Below are positions 7,977 to 18,111 of a stretch of DNA of 64,000 nt, in pieces (the stretch's first letter is position 1; each line of letters starts with the position of its first letter). Origin of the DNA: Thermoanaerobaculia bacterium (GTDB lineage Bacteria; Acidobacteriota; Thermoanaerobaculia; UBA5066); the NCBI GenBank assembly GCA_963719225.1, contig CAVRAY010000002.1, positions 640,001-704,000 on the forward strand, in the 5' to 3' direction. Below the pieces are notes generated by a model. That model was not told the origin of the DNA, searched no databases, and worked only from the letters and a program-made list of their open reading frames with translations. Position numbers and translations under genes: made by a program.

Positions 7977-9545
7977 GTGTCCGCCGGGCGTCCGTCCGAA
8001 GATCCCGAAGCGTCCGGCCGCCTTCTCTTCGCGGCGGCGCTCGCGGCGGGGGCCCTGCTGCGGCTCGTCCTTCTCGGACGCCCCGACCTCTTCGCCTCGG
8101 ACGAAGGCCGCTGGGCCGTGGGAGCGCGAAACGTGCTCGAGGGCGGGGCGCAGGTGCTCGCACCCTCCACGACGCCGCTCGGCGACCCGTCGGGCACGCC
8201 GATCCTCTTTCCGTGGCTCCTCTCCGGGATGGTGCGTGTGTTCGGCGCCGAGGAGTGGGCCGTGCGGCTCCCGTCGGCGGTGCTCGGGCTCGTCGCGGCG
8301 TTCATCGTCGAGCGGATCGTGCGCCGCGGGTGGGGGCAGCCCGCCGGCCATCTCTCGGGAGCGTTCGTGGCCCTCTTCCCCCCGCTCGTCGCGGCTTCCC
8401 GCGTCGCGACGGTCGAGCCGGCTCTCGTGACGCTCGGCCTGGCCGGGATCATCTTCGGCCTGCGCGCCTTCGAGGAGGACATCCCGTGGGAGGGGGCGGC
8501 CGCGGGCGCCTTCTTCGGTCTCGGCTTTCTCGCCAAGGGCTACGCGGTCGGGCTCTTCCTTCTCCCGCTCCTCGTCGCGCTCGCGGCGCGCCCGCGTCTC
8601 TTCGGGCTCGGACGGACGAAGCGCTCGCTCCTGTTTCTCGCCGCGGCCTTCGTCGCGGTAGGCGGATCGTACCTGCTCGCCGTCCTCGTCCTGGCGCCCC
8701 GATCGTTCGCGTTTCAGCTCGCGACGGCGTTCGGGGCCTCCGAGGCCGCCGCGCGCGCCGCCGTTCTTCCCACCGCGTTCTCCGCGGACCTCGTGTCGAT
8801 CCTGAGGCCCGTCTTCTGGTTCCTGCCCGTCACGCTTCTCGGCATCGCGTTCCTGTGGCGCGACGTCGGCGAGGACGAGATCGCCTCGGGCGCGACGGGC
8901 GGGGACCGACGCCTCGCGCACGGCCTGCTCTGGGGCGCGTACTTCGTCGAGCTCGTGGTCGTCGTCGCGGTCGCGGGGCGTTACCGTCTCTCCTCGATTC
9001 CGCTCATGCCGGCCGTCGCGACGCTGACCGGACTCGGCGCGACGGCGATCGTCGTGTCGGTTCGCGCGCGCACGTCTCTGACGACGCAGCGCGTCGCGGC
9101 GGGCACGATGGCGGGGCTGCTCGCAATCGGCGGCATCGAGTCGGCGCGTCGGATCCGGCACGATCTCCTGACCCACCGGACGGGGGCCCGCGAGGTCGCC
9201 GCCCAGATCGAGCCGGCCGTCGCGCCGCTCTCGCCGCGGGCGATCGCGTTCCGCGCGCCCGAGCCCGATGCCATCGCGTTTCACCTGTTCCGGACCGGGC
9301 TCTCCTGGAACGGATCGGAGACGCCCGCGTCCCTCGAGGAGGACGAGGCCGCCGGCGTGCGGTGCTGGGCCTGGCGCGCGCGAGAGGGGCCGCCGGAGGC
9401 TCCCGCACCCGACGCGAAGGCCTGGCTCGTCGCCCATGCGCGCGACGTGACGGCGGACGTCGACGCGCGCGCGGGGCGCACGACCGGGCTTTCCGTCTTC
9501 GTCCCGAAGGCCGCCGCTGCCGCTCCGGCGGCCGCCCGGCCATAA
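7977..9545 (+). CDS. ArnT/PMT-type GT-C membrane glycosyltransferase
   Basis: SDEGRW acidic motif after TM1, P-x-LFPWL, EWAVRLPSA, LAKG and many TM helices. Start refined to GTG 7977, 7 nt after TATACT. Confidence 0.8.
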   Translation: MSAGRPSEDPEASGRLLFAAALAAGALLRLVLLGRPDLFASDEGRWAVGARNVLEGGAQVLAPSTTPLGDPSGTPILFPWLLSGMVRVFGAEEWAVRLPSAVLGLVAAFIVERIVRRGWGQPAGHLSGAFVALFPPLVAASRVATVEPALVTLGLAGIIFGLRAFEEDIPWEGAAAGAFFGLGFLAKGYAVGLFLLPLLVALAARPRLFGLGRTKRSLLFLAAAFVAVGGSYLLAVLVLAPRSFAFQLATAFGASEAAARAAVLPTAFSADLVSILRPVFWFLPVTLLGIAFLWRDVGEDEIASGATGGDRRLAHGLLWGAYFVELVVVVAVAGRYRLSSIPLMPAVATLTGLGATAIVVSVRARTSLTTQRVAAGTMAGLLAIGGIESARRIRHDLLTHRTGAREVAAQIEPAVAPLSPRAIAFRAPEPDAIAFHLFRTGLSWNGSETPASLEEDEAAGVRCWAWRAREGPPEAPAPDAKAWLVAHARDVTADVDARAGRTTGLSVFVPKAAAAAPAAARP

Positions 9546-9555
9546 TCGGCCCCCC

Positions 9556-10899
9556 ATGACGACCGTTCTTCTCGCCGACCGGGACGGCGCGGCCTTCGGG
9601 CCGCTCGCGCCTCGCGTCGTCCCCGCCCTCCTGCCGCTTGCGGGGATTCCCCTCCTCGAGCGCGCGCTCGAGGCGCTCGCCGCGGCCGGCCACCGGTCGG
9701 CGCTCCTCGTCGTCGGTCCGCGCGCGTCCGAGATCGAGCGCCGCTTCGGCAAGGGGATCCGCTGGGGGATCGCCCTCGAAGTCGTGCGTCGCGAGGACGG
9801 GGAGAGCATCGGGGACGTCCTCAGGCGCCTCGAGCACCGGCTCGACGGCGAGACCGTGCTCGTGCGCGGAGACGTCGGCGTCCACGCGGCGATCGGGGAG
9901 TTCCTTTCGAAGGTCGAAGACGCGCGCGGACCCGTCGTCGAGGCCACGCTCGGCGGCCGCCCCGCGGGCATGTGGCGCCTCCTGCCGGGCGCCCTCAAGA
10001 AGAAGGACTTCCCGCGGGAGCCCGCCGAAGCCGGATGGGCGCACGACCCGGACTTCGTCGCGCTGCCGCTCACGTCGTCGGCCACCCTGATCGACGGCGT
10101 CGGTGCCTATCGACGCGCGGACGCCGAACACGCCGGCGGGCGCCGGGCGCTCGCGGAGCGTGCCCACGTCGACGCGGACGCGACGCTCGACGGCGCGACG
10201 ACGGTGGGCGAGGAAGCCACCGTCCTTTCGGGGGCGCGGCTCGCGAACACGAGCGTCCTCCCGCGGACCGCGATCCCGCCCGGAGTCGTGCTCGCGGACG
10301 CGGTCGTCTCGGGCAACCTCGTCGTGGACGCCGCGTCGGGGCGGGCGAGCCTCCTGACGGATCTCCTTCCGGCCGCAGCCGGGACGCACGCGGGCGGCCG
10401 CACGCTCGGGTTCGCGGCCCTCGTGCTCTCCCTTCCGCTCTGGCCTGTCGCGGCCGCGTGGAGCGCGATCGCGAACGCGGGCCACGCGACGCGACCCGCG
10501 ACGCTGGCGGGGAACGCCCCCGGCGGGGGCCGCGCGGCCTTCACGACGTTCCGGTTCGAAACGGCCGTTCCCGTCCTGCGCGACCTGCCGCTCCTCCTCG
10601 CGGTCGTCCGCGGCCGCCTCGCGCTCACGGGGGTCACGCCGCTGACGCCCGCCGAGGAGGCGGCTCTCGCCGAGCCGTGGGAGAAGACCCGGGACGAGGC
10701 GCCCGCCGGCCTCCTCTCTCTTTCGCGGCTCGCGGGCCCCGCGTCGGCGCCGCCGGAAGTGGCGCGCGTCCTCGACGCGTTCGAGGCCCGGCGTCCCTCG
10801 CCGCTCCTCGGCCGCGCCCTCAAGGCGCTGTTCTCGGCGCGCGCGTGGACGGCGCCGAACGTGTGGAACCCGGACGCTCTCAAGGAGGAGAAGTCGTGA
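9556..10899 (+). CDS. Fusion of NDP-sugar pyrophosphorylase-like domain, left-handed beta-helix-like segment and phosphoglycosyl-transferase-like C-terminus (catalytic motifs degenerate)
   Basis: PLAPRVVPALLPLAGIPLL and FGKGIRWG (NTP transferase), hexapeptide-like TTVGEEATVLSGARL, LRDLPLLLAVVRGRLALTG and PAGLL (bacterial sugar transferase). Confidence 0.65.
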   Translation: MTTVLLADRDGAAFGPLAPRVVPALLPLAGIPLLERALEALAAAGHRSALLVVGPRASEIERRFGKGIRWGIALEVVRREDGESIGDVLRRLEHRLDGETVLVRGDVGVHAAIGEFLSKVEDARGPVVEATLGGRPAGMWRLLPGALKKKDFPREPAEAGWAHDPDFVALPLTSSATLIDGVGAYRRADAEHAGGRRALAERAHVDADATLDGATTVGEEATVLSGARLANTSVLPRTAIPPGVVLADAVVSGNLVVDAASGRASLLTDLLPAAAGTHAGGRTLGFAALVLSLPLWPVAAAWSAIANAGHATRPATLAGNAPGGGRAAFTTFRFETAVPVLRDLPLLLAVVRGRLALTGVTPLTPAEEAALAEPWEKTRDEAPAGLLSLSRLAGPASAPPEVARVLDAFEARRPSPLLGRALKALFSARAWTAPNVWNPDALKEEKS

Positions 10900-12269
10900 G
10901 CGTGCTCGTCGTCCGGGCGCCTTTCGACGGGGCGGAGGTCGCGCGTCTCCCGCGTCCGTCGCCCGCCGAGGTGGACGCGGCTGTCTCCCGGGCGGTCGCC
11001 GTCTTCGAGGAGACGAGGGCCCTCCCGACATACGCCCGCGTCGCGATCCTGCGGCGCGTCGCAGCCGCGCTCGAGGCGCAGCGTGATCCGCTCGGGGAGA
11101 CGATCGCACGGGAGGCCGGCAAGCCGCTGCGCGCGGCGCGGACGGAGGTCGAGCGATCCTCCGCGACGTTCTCGGCGGCGGCCGCCGCCCTCGAGGCGTG
11201 GCGGGGCGAGATGCTCCCGCTCGACGTGAACGCGGCGTCGGTCGCGCGCTGGGGCGTCGTGAGGCGCGTGCCGCTCGGGCCCGTCCTCGCGATCACGCCG
11301 TTCAACTTTCCGCTGAACCTCACGGCGCACAAGGTCGCCCCCGCGATCGCGGTCGGGGCGCCCGTCGTCCAGAAGCCGGCGTCGCAGACACCGCTCTCCG
11401 CCTTCGCGCTGCAGGCGATCGTGCGCGCCGCGGGGTGGCCGTCCGACGCCTACGCCGTGCTGCCGCTGTCCGGCCGCGAGGCCGAAGGCCTCGTGACGGA
11501 TCCCCGCCTTCCCGTCGTCTCGTTCACGGGTTCCGGAGCGGTCGGCTGGCGGCTCCGCGAGATCGCGCCGAGGAAGCGCGTCTCGCTCGAGCTCGGCGGC
11601 AACGCGGCCGCCGTCGTCCACTCCGACGCCGACCTGGACGACGCGGCCTCGCGCGTGGCCGCGGGCGCCTTCGGCTACGCGGGCCAGTCCTGCATCTCGG
11701 TCCAGCGCGTCCTCGTCCAGAGGGACGTCCTCGCCGCGTTCGAGGAAAAGCTCCTCGCGAAGACGGCGGCGCTCGCGGCGGGCGATCCGCTCGACGAGAG
11801 GACGGACGTCGGGCCGATGATCGCGCGCGAGGAGGCGGACCGCGCCGTGCGGTGGATCGAGGAGGCCGTCGCGGGCGGCGCGCGGGTGCTCGCAGGAGCG
11901 ACGCGCGACGGCTCGGTCGTCGTCCCGACCGTTCTCGGCGACACGACGCGGTCGATGAAGGTCGAGGCGCAGGAGGTCTTCGCGCCCGTCGTGACGCTCG
12001 CGGCCTACGACACGTGGGACGACGCGCTCCGGCGCGTGAACGACTCGAAATACGGTCTGCAGGCCGGGATCTTCACGAGGGACCTTGGCCGCATCCAGCG
12101 CGCGTTCGACGTTCTCGAGGTCGGCGCGATCGTCGTGAACGACGTCCCGACGTGGCGCGCCGACCGGATGCCGTACGGCGGTGTGAAGGAATCCGGGATC
12201 GGGCGCGAGGGACCGGCCTACGCCATGGAAGAGTTCACGGAGCCGCGGCTCCTCGTCCTGAGGCCCTAG
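10896..12269 (+). CDS. NAD(P)-dependent aldehyde dehydrogenase
   Basis: ITPFNFPLN, KPASQTP, SFTGS, LELGGNA, catalytic GQSCIS, EVFAPV, PYGGVKESG. GTG 10896 overlaps the upstream stop. Confidence 0.93.
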   Translation: MSVLVVRAPFDGAEVARLPRPSPAEVDAAVSRAVAVFEETRALPTYARVAILRRVAAALEAQRDPLGETIAREAGKPLRAARTEVERSSATFSAAAAALEAWRGEMLPLDVNAASVARWGVVRRVPLGPVLAITPFNFPLNLTAHKVAPAIAVGAPVVQKPASQTPLSAFALQAIVRAAGWPSDAYAVLPLSGREAEGLVTDPRLPVVSFTGSGAVGWRLREIAPRKRVSLELGGNAAAVVHSDADLDDAASRVAAGAFGYAGQSCISVQRVLVQRDVLAAFEEKLLAKTAALAAGDPLDERTDVGPMIAREEADRAVRWIEEAVAGGARVLAGATRDGSVVVPTVLGDTTRSMKVEAQEVFAPVVTLAAYDTWDDALRRVNDSKYGLQAGIFTRDLGRIQRAFDVLEVGAIVVNDVPTWRADRMPYGGVKESGIGREGPAYAMEEFTEPRLLVLRP

Positions 12270-12304
12270 ACGCGGGGGCGCGCGAAGCGCCGCGAAAGGA
12301 ACAG

Positions 12305-12763
12305 ATGGAAGACGTCTCGACGTTCTCGATCTCGGCCTCCTGGGATCCGGCCGGAAAGGTCGGCCGGCTCGCGAACGCCGACGGCTCGTTCGCGACGGTC
12401 CACGCGGGGGCGTCCGCTCTCGGCGGTATGGCGGGCGCCGTGAACCCGGAGGAGCTCCTCCTCGCCGGCGTCGCGGCGTGCTTCGTCCAGACGTGGGCGA
12501 TCTTCCTCGAGAAGCTCAAGCTCCCCGTGCCCCAGCCGAGGATCGACGCGACCTGCGAGATGGCGAAGGACCCGGCGGGCGGCTACCGGATCACGCGGAT
12601 CGACATCGCCGCCCTCGTGCCGCAGGCGCTTCTCGCCGAGAGGCGCGCGGACGTCGACAAGGCGCTGTCGCTCGCCGAGAAATACTGCATCGTCTCGAAG
12701 GCCGTGCGGGGCTCCGTGCCCGTGTCCGTGGCCGTCACGGCGGACGGAGAGCCCGGCGCTTAG
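12305..12763 (+). CDS. OsmC/Ohr family protein
   Basis: NPEELLLAGVAACF and AEKYCIVS two-Cys signature. ATG 12305 follows AAGGA. Confidence 0.88.
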   Translation: MEDVSTFSISASWDPAGKVGRLANADGSFATVHAGASALGGMAGAVNPEELLLAGVAACFVQTWAIFLEKLKLPVPQPRIDATCEMAKDPAGGYRITRIDIAALVPQALLAERRADVDKALSLAEKYCIVSKAVRGSVPVSVAVTADGEPGA

Positions 12764-14907
12764 AGGTTCTCCTCGAACCACTCGGCGAGGCGCTGGTTCT
12801 TGTAGAGGAGCGCCTCGCCGCGCGGCCCGTGCTTCTGGCGCGGGAGCGGCACGAAGACGAAGTCCTTCCGCGCCTTCATGAGCTCGTCCACGAAGCGGAT
12901 CGTGTTCTGCATGTGGACGTTGTCGTCGGACGTCCCGTGGAAAAGGAGGAGCTTCGTCCCGAGCTCCTTCGCGGCGAGAAGCGGCGACGACGACCGGTAG
13001 CCGCCCGGATTCTCCTTGGGCGTCTTCATGTACCGCTCCGTGTAGATCGAGTCGTAGAGCGACCAGTCCACGACGGGCGCGCCGGCCGCCGCGCACTTGA
13101 ACGTCGCGCCCGCGTGCGTCGCCGCGAAGAGCGTCATGTAGCCGCCGTACGACCAGCCCGTGATCCCGATGCGCCCGCCGTCCACGTACGGCCTCTTCTT
13201 CAGCTCGGCGACGCCCTCGAGCTGATCCGCGAGCTCCTGAGCGCCCATGTTCCTCAGGATCGGCGTCTCGAACGCGTGGCCGCGGCCCCACGAACCACGG
13301 TTGTCCATCGACCACACGAGGAATCCCTTCGACGCGAGGTAGCGGTCGAGCGCGGGTGGCCACGCGTTCTGGACGAGCTGCGTGTGCGGACCCCCATAGA
13401 CGTACACGACGACCGGGTACTTCCGCGCGGGATCGAAGCCCGCGGGCTTCACGAGCCGGGTGTAGAAAACCGTCCCGTCCGCGCCCGCGAACGAGCCGAG
13501 CTCCACGCTCCCGAGCTCGTAGCCCTCGAGGGGGTCCTTCTCGTCGAGGACGGTGACGGCGGCGCCGGAGACGGAGCGGACGACGGTGCGGGGAGGCGCT
13601 TCGACGCTCGAGCAGGTGTCGACGAAGTGCGCGGCGTCCGGCGCGAACACGGGCGCGTGGACCCCGGGCTCGGTTGTGACGCGGGTCATCGACGACCCGT
13701 CCAGCTTCGCGACGAAGACCTGTCGCTCGCGCGGGTCCGGCGTCGTCGCGCGGAACAAGACGGTCCCCGTCTTCTCGTCGACGCTCCAGGGGCCGTCGAC
13801 CATGAAGTCGCCCTTCGTGATCGCGTTCTTCAGGGTGCCGTCCGCCGCGTGGCGCTCGAGGTGGAAATGCCCGGTTCTCTCGGAGAGAAGGACGAACGAG
13901 CCGTCCTTGAGGAAGTGCGCCGGCGCGAGCGCGTTGATCCAGGCCGGGTCGGTCTCGGAGACGAGCGTCTTCGGCGCGCCGCCCGACCGGGCGAGGAGGA
14001 GCACGTCCCGGCGCGTCTGCGGCCTGTCGAGAACGGTGAAGCAGACCGCCTTGCCGTCCGGTGTCCAGGACATCACGGGGGCGACGTACGCGTCGTCCGG
14101 CACGGACGTGAAGGCGGCCGTCTCCTTCCCGGCGAGGTTGACCACGTGGACGGACGGGACGGCGTTCGGGTCGCCCGCCTTCGGGTAGCGCTCGGCCTCG
14201 ACCTTTCCGTTCGTCGGGACGTAGTCGACGATCGGGTACGTCGGGACGCGCGTCTGATCGAGCGACAGGTACGCGATCGCGGACGAGTCCGGCGACCAGA
14301 AGAACGACCGGTTGTGACCGCGGGCCGCGAGCTCCTCGCCGTAGACCCAGTCGAGGACGCCGTTCAGGATCGCGTCCGAGCCGGACGTCGTGAGGCGCGT
14401 CTCTTTGCCCGTCGCGACGTCGAGGACGAAGAGGTCGTGCTTCTTGACGTAGGCGAGACGGGTGCCGTCGGGCGACCATTCGGGAACCGTCTCTTCGTCG
14501 GCGTCGTTCGTGACACGTCTCGGCTCGCCGCCCGGCGTCACGAGCCAGAGGTCGTCGTCGAACGGGACCGCGAACGCGTCGCCCTTCGGCGTGAACACGG
14601 CTCCGCGGAGGGCGAGCTTCTTCTCCCGACCCGCGCGGTCCTTCACGGCGGGCGCGTCCATGAGCTTCGCCTTCCTGCCGGTCGCCGCGTCGGCCTGCCA
14701 GAGGGCGGCGGGCGCGTCGGGGCCGCCTGCGGAATCCGGCCACACGACGTGCGTCGCGTCGCGCCAGGCGTACGGGACGGGCATCCGCGCCCGGGAGACC
14801 ACCTCGAGGGTCAGCGGCTTCTTCGGCTGAGCCGTTCCGGAAGTCGGCGGCGGAGCCGTTGCCTGCGCGGCGGCGAGAGCGGCGGCGGCGAGGGGCGCGA
14901 GGATCAC
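12760..14907 (-). CDS. Secreted S9 family dipeptidyl peptidase IV-like protein
   Basis: Signal peptide, DWVYGEE, YPKAG, VYGGP, GWSYGG nucleophile, DDNVH and terminal KHG. GTG 14907 overlaps the upstream stop. Confidence 0.93.
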   Translation of the reverse strand: MILAPLAAAALAAAQATAPPPTSGTAQPKKPLTLEVVSRARMPVPYAWRDATHVVWPDSAGGPDAPAALWQADAATGRKAKLMDAPAVKDRAGREKKLALRGAVFTPKGDAFAVPFDDDLWLVTPGGEPRRVTNDADEETVPEWSPDGTRLAYVKKHDLFVLDVATGKETRLTTSGSDAILNGVLDWVYGEELAARGHNRSFFWSPDSSAIAYLSLDQTRVPTYPIVDYVPTNGKVEAERYPKAGDPNAVPSVHVVNLAGKETAAFTSVPDDAYVAPVMSWTPDGKAVCFTVLDRPQTRRDVLLLARSGGAPKTLVSETDPAWINALAPAHFLKDGSFVLLSERTGHFHLERHAADGTLKNAITKGDFMVDGPWSVDEKTGTVLFRATTPDPRERQVFVAKLDGSSMTRVTTEPGVHAPVFAPDAAHFVDTCSSVEAPPRTVVRSVSGAAVTVLDEKDPLEGYELGSVELGSFAGADGTVFYTRLVKPAGFDPARKYPVVVYVYGGPHTQLVQNAWPPALDRYLASKGFLVWSMDNRGSWGRGHAFETPILRNMGAQELADQLEGVAELKKRPYVDGGRIGITGWSYGGYMTLFAATHAGATFKCAAAGAPVVDWSLYDSIYTERYMKTPKENPGGYRSSSPLLAAKELGTKLLLFHGTSDDNVHMQNTIRFVDELMKARKDFVFVPLPRQKHGPRGEALLYKNQRLAEWFEENL

Positions 14908-16460
14908 TTCGTCTCTCCCTTCACGGAAGCGGCCGGCTGCATCGTCAGGGGATCGCGGAGCGGGAGAACGACGAGCTTCCCGCCCGTGAGATCCCGGAAC
15001 TGCACGGGGTGCTTCGGGTCGGGATTCAGAAGGTCCGCCTCGCGGCCGACGACGAGGATCGTCGCGGACCCGGGCGTCAGGAGTCGCTTCGCGACGCGCG
15101 CGACGTCGGCCTTCGTCACGTTCTCCACCCTCGACTGGTACGCGGCCCACCAGCGGGGGTCCGCCGCGTAACGGCCCGTGAACTCCTCGTCCGCGAGGCC
15201 GTCCGCGACCTGCACGGGCGTCGCGAAGCGGCGCGGGAGCGTCTCGACGAACGAGCGCTTCGCGGTCTCGAGCTCCTCGTCCGTGACCCCGCCGTCGCGC
15301 AGCTTCCGCATCTCCTCGAGGACGATTCCGGCGGCGTAGGCGGACGTCCGGACCTTCGACTGGAACGCGGCGCCGAAGCGGCCGGGATAGAAGACGCCGC
15401 CCGCGAGGACGGAGCCGGCCGAGTACGCGAGGCCCTCGTCGGAGCGGACGCGGTTCGTGATGCGGCTCGTGAAGCCTCCACCTCCGAGGACGTCGTTCAT
15501 GACGGAGGCCGCGATGAAGTCCGGATCCGTCCTCATCAGGCCTGGAAGGAGGATCGAGACGCGTCCCTGGTTCACGTCCTTGTCGACGAGAAACGTGCCG
15601 GGCGGAAGCGCGTGCGACGGCTTCGGGACGGGCGGCGCGGCCTCACCCGCGAACGGCCAGTCCGAGAGGAGCGCGTCGAGCTTCGCGGCCATCTCGGCCT
15701 TCCGGAAGTCGCCCGCGGCCGCGACGATCATGTTGCGCGGGACCATCCACCTCCGATGGAACCCGACGAGGTCGGATTGCGTGAGGGAGTCGAGGGAGGC
15801 CTTCGTCTCCCAGCGGTTGACGTAGAAGTCCGGCCCCGTGAGGAGAACGGAGCGCTCGCGCGCCTCGATCGCGGCGGACGAGTCGTTGCGGCGCTTGAGC
15901 TCCGCGACGAGCTGCTCCTTGCGGAGCCTGAGGCGGTCCTCCTGGAACGCGGGCTCCGTGAGGACCTCGCGGAGGATCGAGAGGCCCTCGTCGAGGTCCT
16001 TCGAGAGGAGGTTGAGAGACACGATGCCGCGGTCGTCGAAATAGCCCGAGGCCTGCGTGCTGCTCGGCCGGCCGGCGGGGTGTTCGGGGTTGAGGAGCGC
16101 GGCGAGATACGCGAGGCGCTCCTCGAGGTCCTCGGCCTTCCTCTTCTTCGTCCCGCCTCGCCCGAGGAGCCAGCCCGTCGTCTCGGCGAGCCCCTCCTTG
16201 CCGGGCGGATTCAGGTAGGTGCCACCCCGGAGGAGGATCTGGACGTTCACGAGCGGGAGGTCGTGGCTCTCGACGAGATAGCAGACGACGCCGGACCTCG
16301 GGAGGACGACGCGGTGGTCTTTCGCGGCGGGCGGCGCCCAGGCGAACGGTTTCACGGCGATCTGCTCGGGACGGGCGGGGATCGCGTCCGAAGCGTGGAG
16401 CGCGGGAGCGGCGAGGGCGAGCGCGGCCGCGAGGAAGAAGGGGCGCGCGAGTCTTGCCAT
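14904..16460 (-). CDS. M16B peptidase, non-catalytic partner subunit
   Basis: Signal peptide, HDLPLV, GLAETT in place of HxxEH, LGGGGFTSRITNRVRSDEGLAY (R/Y motif). Confidence 0.88.
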   Translation of the reverse strand: MARLARPFFLAAALALAAPALHASDAIPARPEQIAVKPFAWAPPAAKDHRVVLPRSGVVCYLVESHDLPLVNVQILLRGGTYLNPPGKEGLAETTGWLLGRGGTKKRKAEDLEERLAYLAALLNPEHPAGRPSSTQASGYFDDRGIVSLNLLSKDLDEGLSILREVLTEPAFQEDRLRLRKEQLVAELKRRNDSSAAIEARERSVLLTGPDFYVNRWETKASLDSLTQSDLVGFHRRWMVPRNMIVAAAGDFRKAEMAAKLDALLSDWPFAGEAAPPVPKPSHALPPGTFLVDKDVNQGRVSILLPGLMRTDPDFIAASVMNDVLGGGGFTSRITNRVRSDEGLAYSAGSVLAGGVFYPGRFGAAFQSKVRTSAYAAGIVLEEMRKLRDGGVTDEELETAKRSFVETLPRRFATPVQVADGLADEEFTGRYAADPRWWAAYQSRVENVTKADVARVAKRLLTPGSATILVVGREADLLNPDPKHPVQFRDLTGGKLVVLPLRDPLTMQPAASVKGETK

Positions 16461-16462
16461 GA

Positions 16463-18050
16463 TCACTTTCCCTCCGCGGCCGGGGCGGCGGGCCCGGGCC
16501 CGGGCGCGCGGCGCCCGGGGTGCCGCGGCGGCGTGCCGCCCTTGCGCGTGTACGTCGCGACGCCACGGTTCTCCTTCGTGAGGTAGGTCCGGGCGACCCG
16601 CCGCACGTCCTCGGCGGTGACGGCCTGGATCCTCTTCGGCCCGTCCCGGAACTCCCTCCAGTCGCCGCGGCCGTCGTTGCCGAGGAGCTGGTAGAGGATG
16701 CCCATGTTCGTCTGCATCGAGCGGAAGGCCTGCGCCGCCGCGTTGTTCTTGACCTTCTGAAGCTCGTCCGGCGGGACGACGTCCTGTTTCAGCGTGTCGA
16801 GCACCGCGTAGATCGCGTGCTCGGTTTCCGCGGGCTCCCGCCCCTCCCGCACCTGGGCGTCGACCTCGAACTCTCCCGCGTACTTCCGCGAGAAGGCGCT
16901 CGCCTGTGCGCTCGTCGCGACGGGGCTCGTCCCGTCGACGAGGGCCTTGTAGAGGCGCCCCGTACGCCCGTTCAGGATCTGGGAGAGGACCTGCAGCGGG
17001 TAGGAGTCCCTGTGCTGGAACGGAACGGTGTGCCAGAGGACGTCCACGCGCGGATTCGTGTCGGCCTCGCCGTTCATCCGCATCTCGGCCTCCCACTTCG
17101 GCGCGAGGAGCGTCATCTCCGGAGGCGGGTTCTTGCCGCGCGGGATGCGGCCGAAGTACTTCGAGGCGAGCGCGAGGGCCTCCTTCGGATCGAAGTCGCC
17201 CACGAGGACGGCCGTGACGTTGTTCGGCGCGTAGAAGAGAGCGTAGTACGCGTCGGCCTCGGCCTTCGTGATGGCCGGGATGTCCGAGGCGTCACCCGAC
17301 GACGGGCCACGAGTACGGGTGGCCGTCCCAGAACATCTCCTCGAAGGCCTCGTCGAGGCTGCCCGTGGGCGTCGATTCGGTCCTCATGCGGCGCTCCTCG
17401 AAGACGACGTCCCGCTCGGAGTAGAACTCGCGGAAGACCGGCGCGCTCAGCCGGTCCGACTCCATCCAGAACCAGAGCTCGAGCCGGTTCTTCGGCACCG
17501 TGACGAAGTACTGCGTGACGTCCGTGTTCGTGGAGGCGTTCATTCCCGAGGCTCCGGCCGTCGTGTAGATCCGGTCGAACTCGTTCTTGACGAGGAGGTC
17601 GCGTTGCTCCTTCACGAGCGCGTCGAACTCGCGGTCGAGCTCGCGGTACCGGGCCGTCTTGTTCTCCGGCTTCGTGATGTCGTCGATCTCCCCGCGGCGC
17701 AGGGCGGCCCTGAGAACCGCGTCCTGCGCGCGCATGAGGCCCCGGACGCGCTCCTGCTCGTCGATGAGCTTCGCGTCGCGGGCGACGTCCTTCGTCCCGA
17801 TCGCCTTCGTCCCCTTGAACATCATGTGCTCGAAGAGATGGCTGATCCCCGTGATGCCCGGGCGCTCGTTCGCGCTCCCGACGTGCGCGACCCAGCCGGC
17901 GGAGACCGACGGCTCGTCGGGGCGCGGGACGAGGAGGAGCCTCATCCCGTTCGGGAGAACGTGCTCCTCGACCTCGAGCGCGGCGCGGGCGGGGAGAGCG
18001 GGGACTCCGACGGTCACGAGGGCCGCGGCGAGAAAGATTCCGCGTCTCAT
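16463..18050 (-). pseudogene. M16B zinc peptidase catalytic subunit split by a single-base frameshift near 17292 (real lesion or sequencing error)
   Basis: N-half from ATG 18050 (AGGAG SD) has GISHLFEHMMFKG and EERRMR and stops at HPYSWPVVG-TGA. The +1 frame continues ASDIPAITKAEADAYYALFYAPNNVTAVLVGDF, the expected sequence. Confidence 0.85.
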
Positions 18051-18111
18051 GTGTACTCCTGTGGGCACGACGTGGGGACCGATCCTACGCCGTCGCGGGA
18101 CCCGCGAGGCG

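Noticed and set aside
17292-17294. TGA in the M16 gene as selenocysteine or readthrough
   Set aside because: Homology continues in a different frame, so readthrough would not restore the protein.
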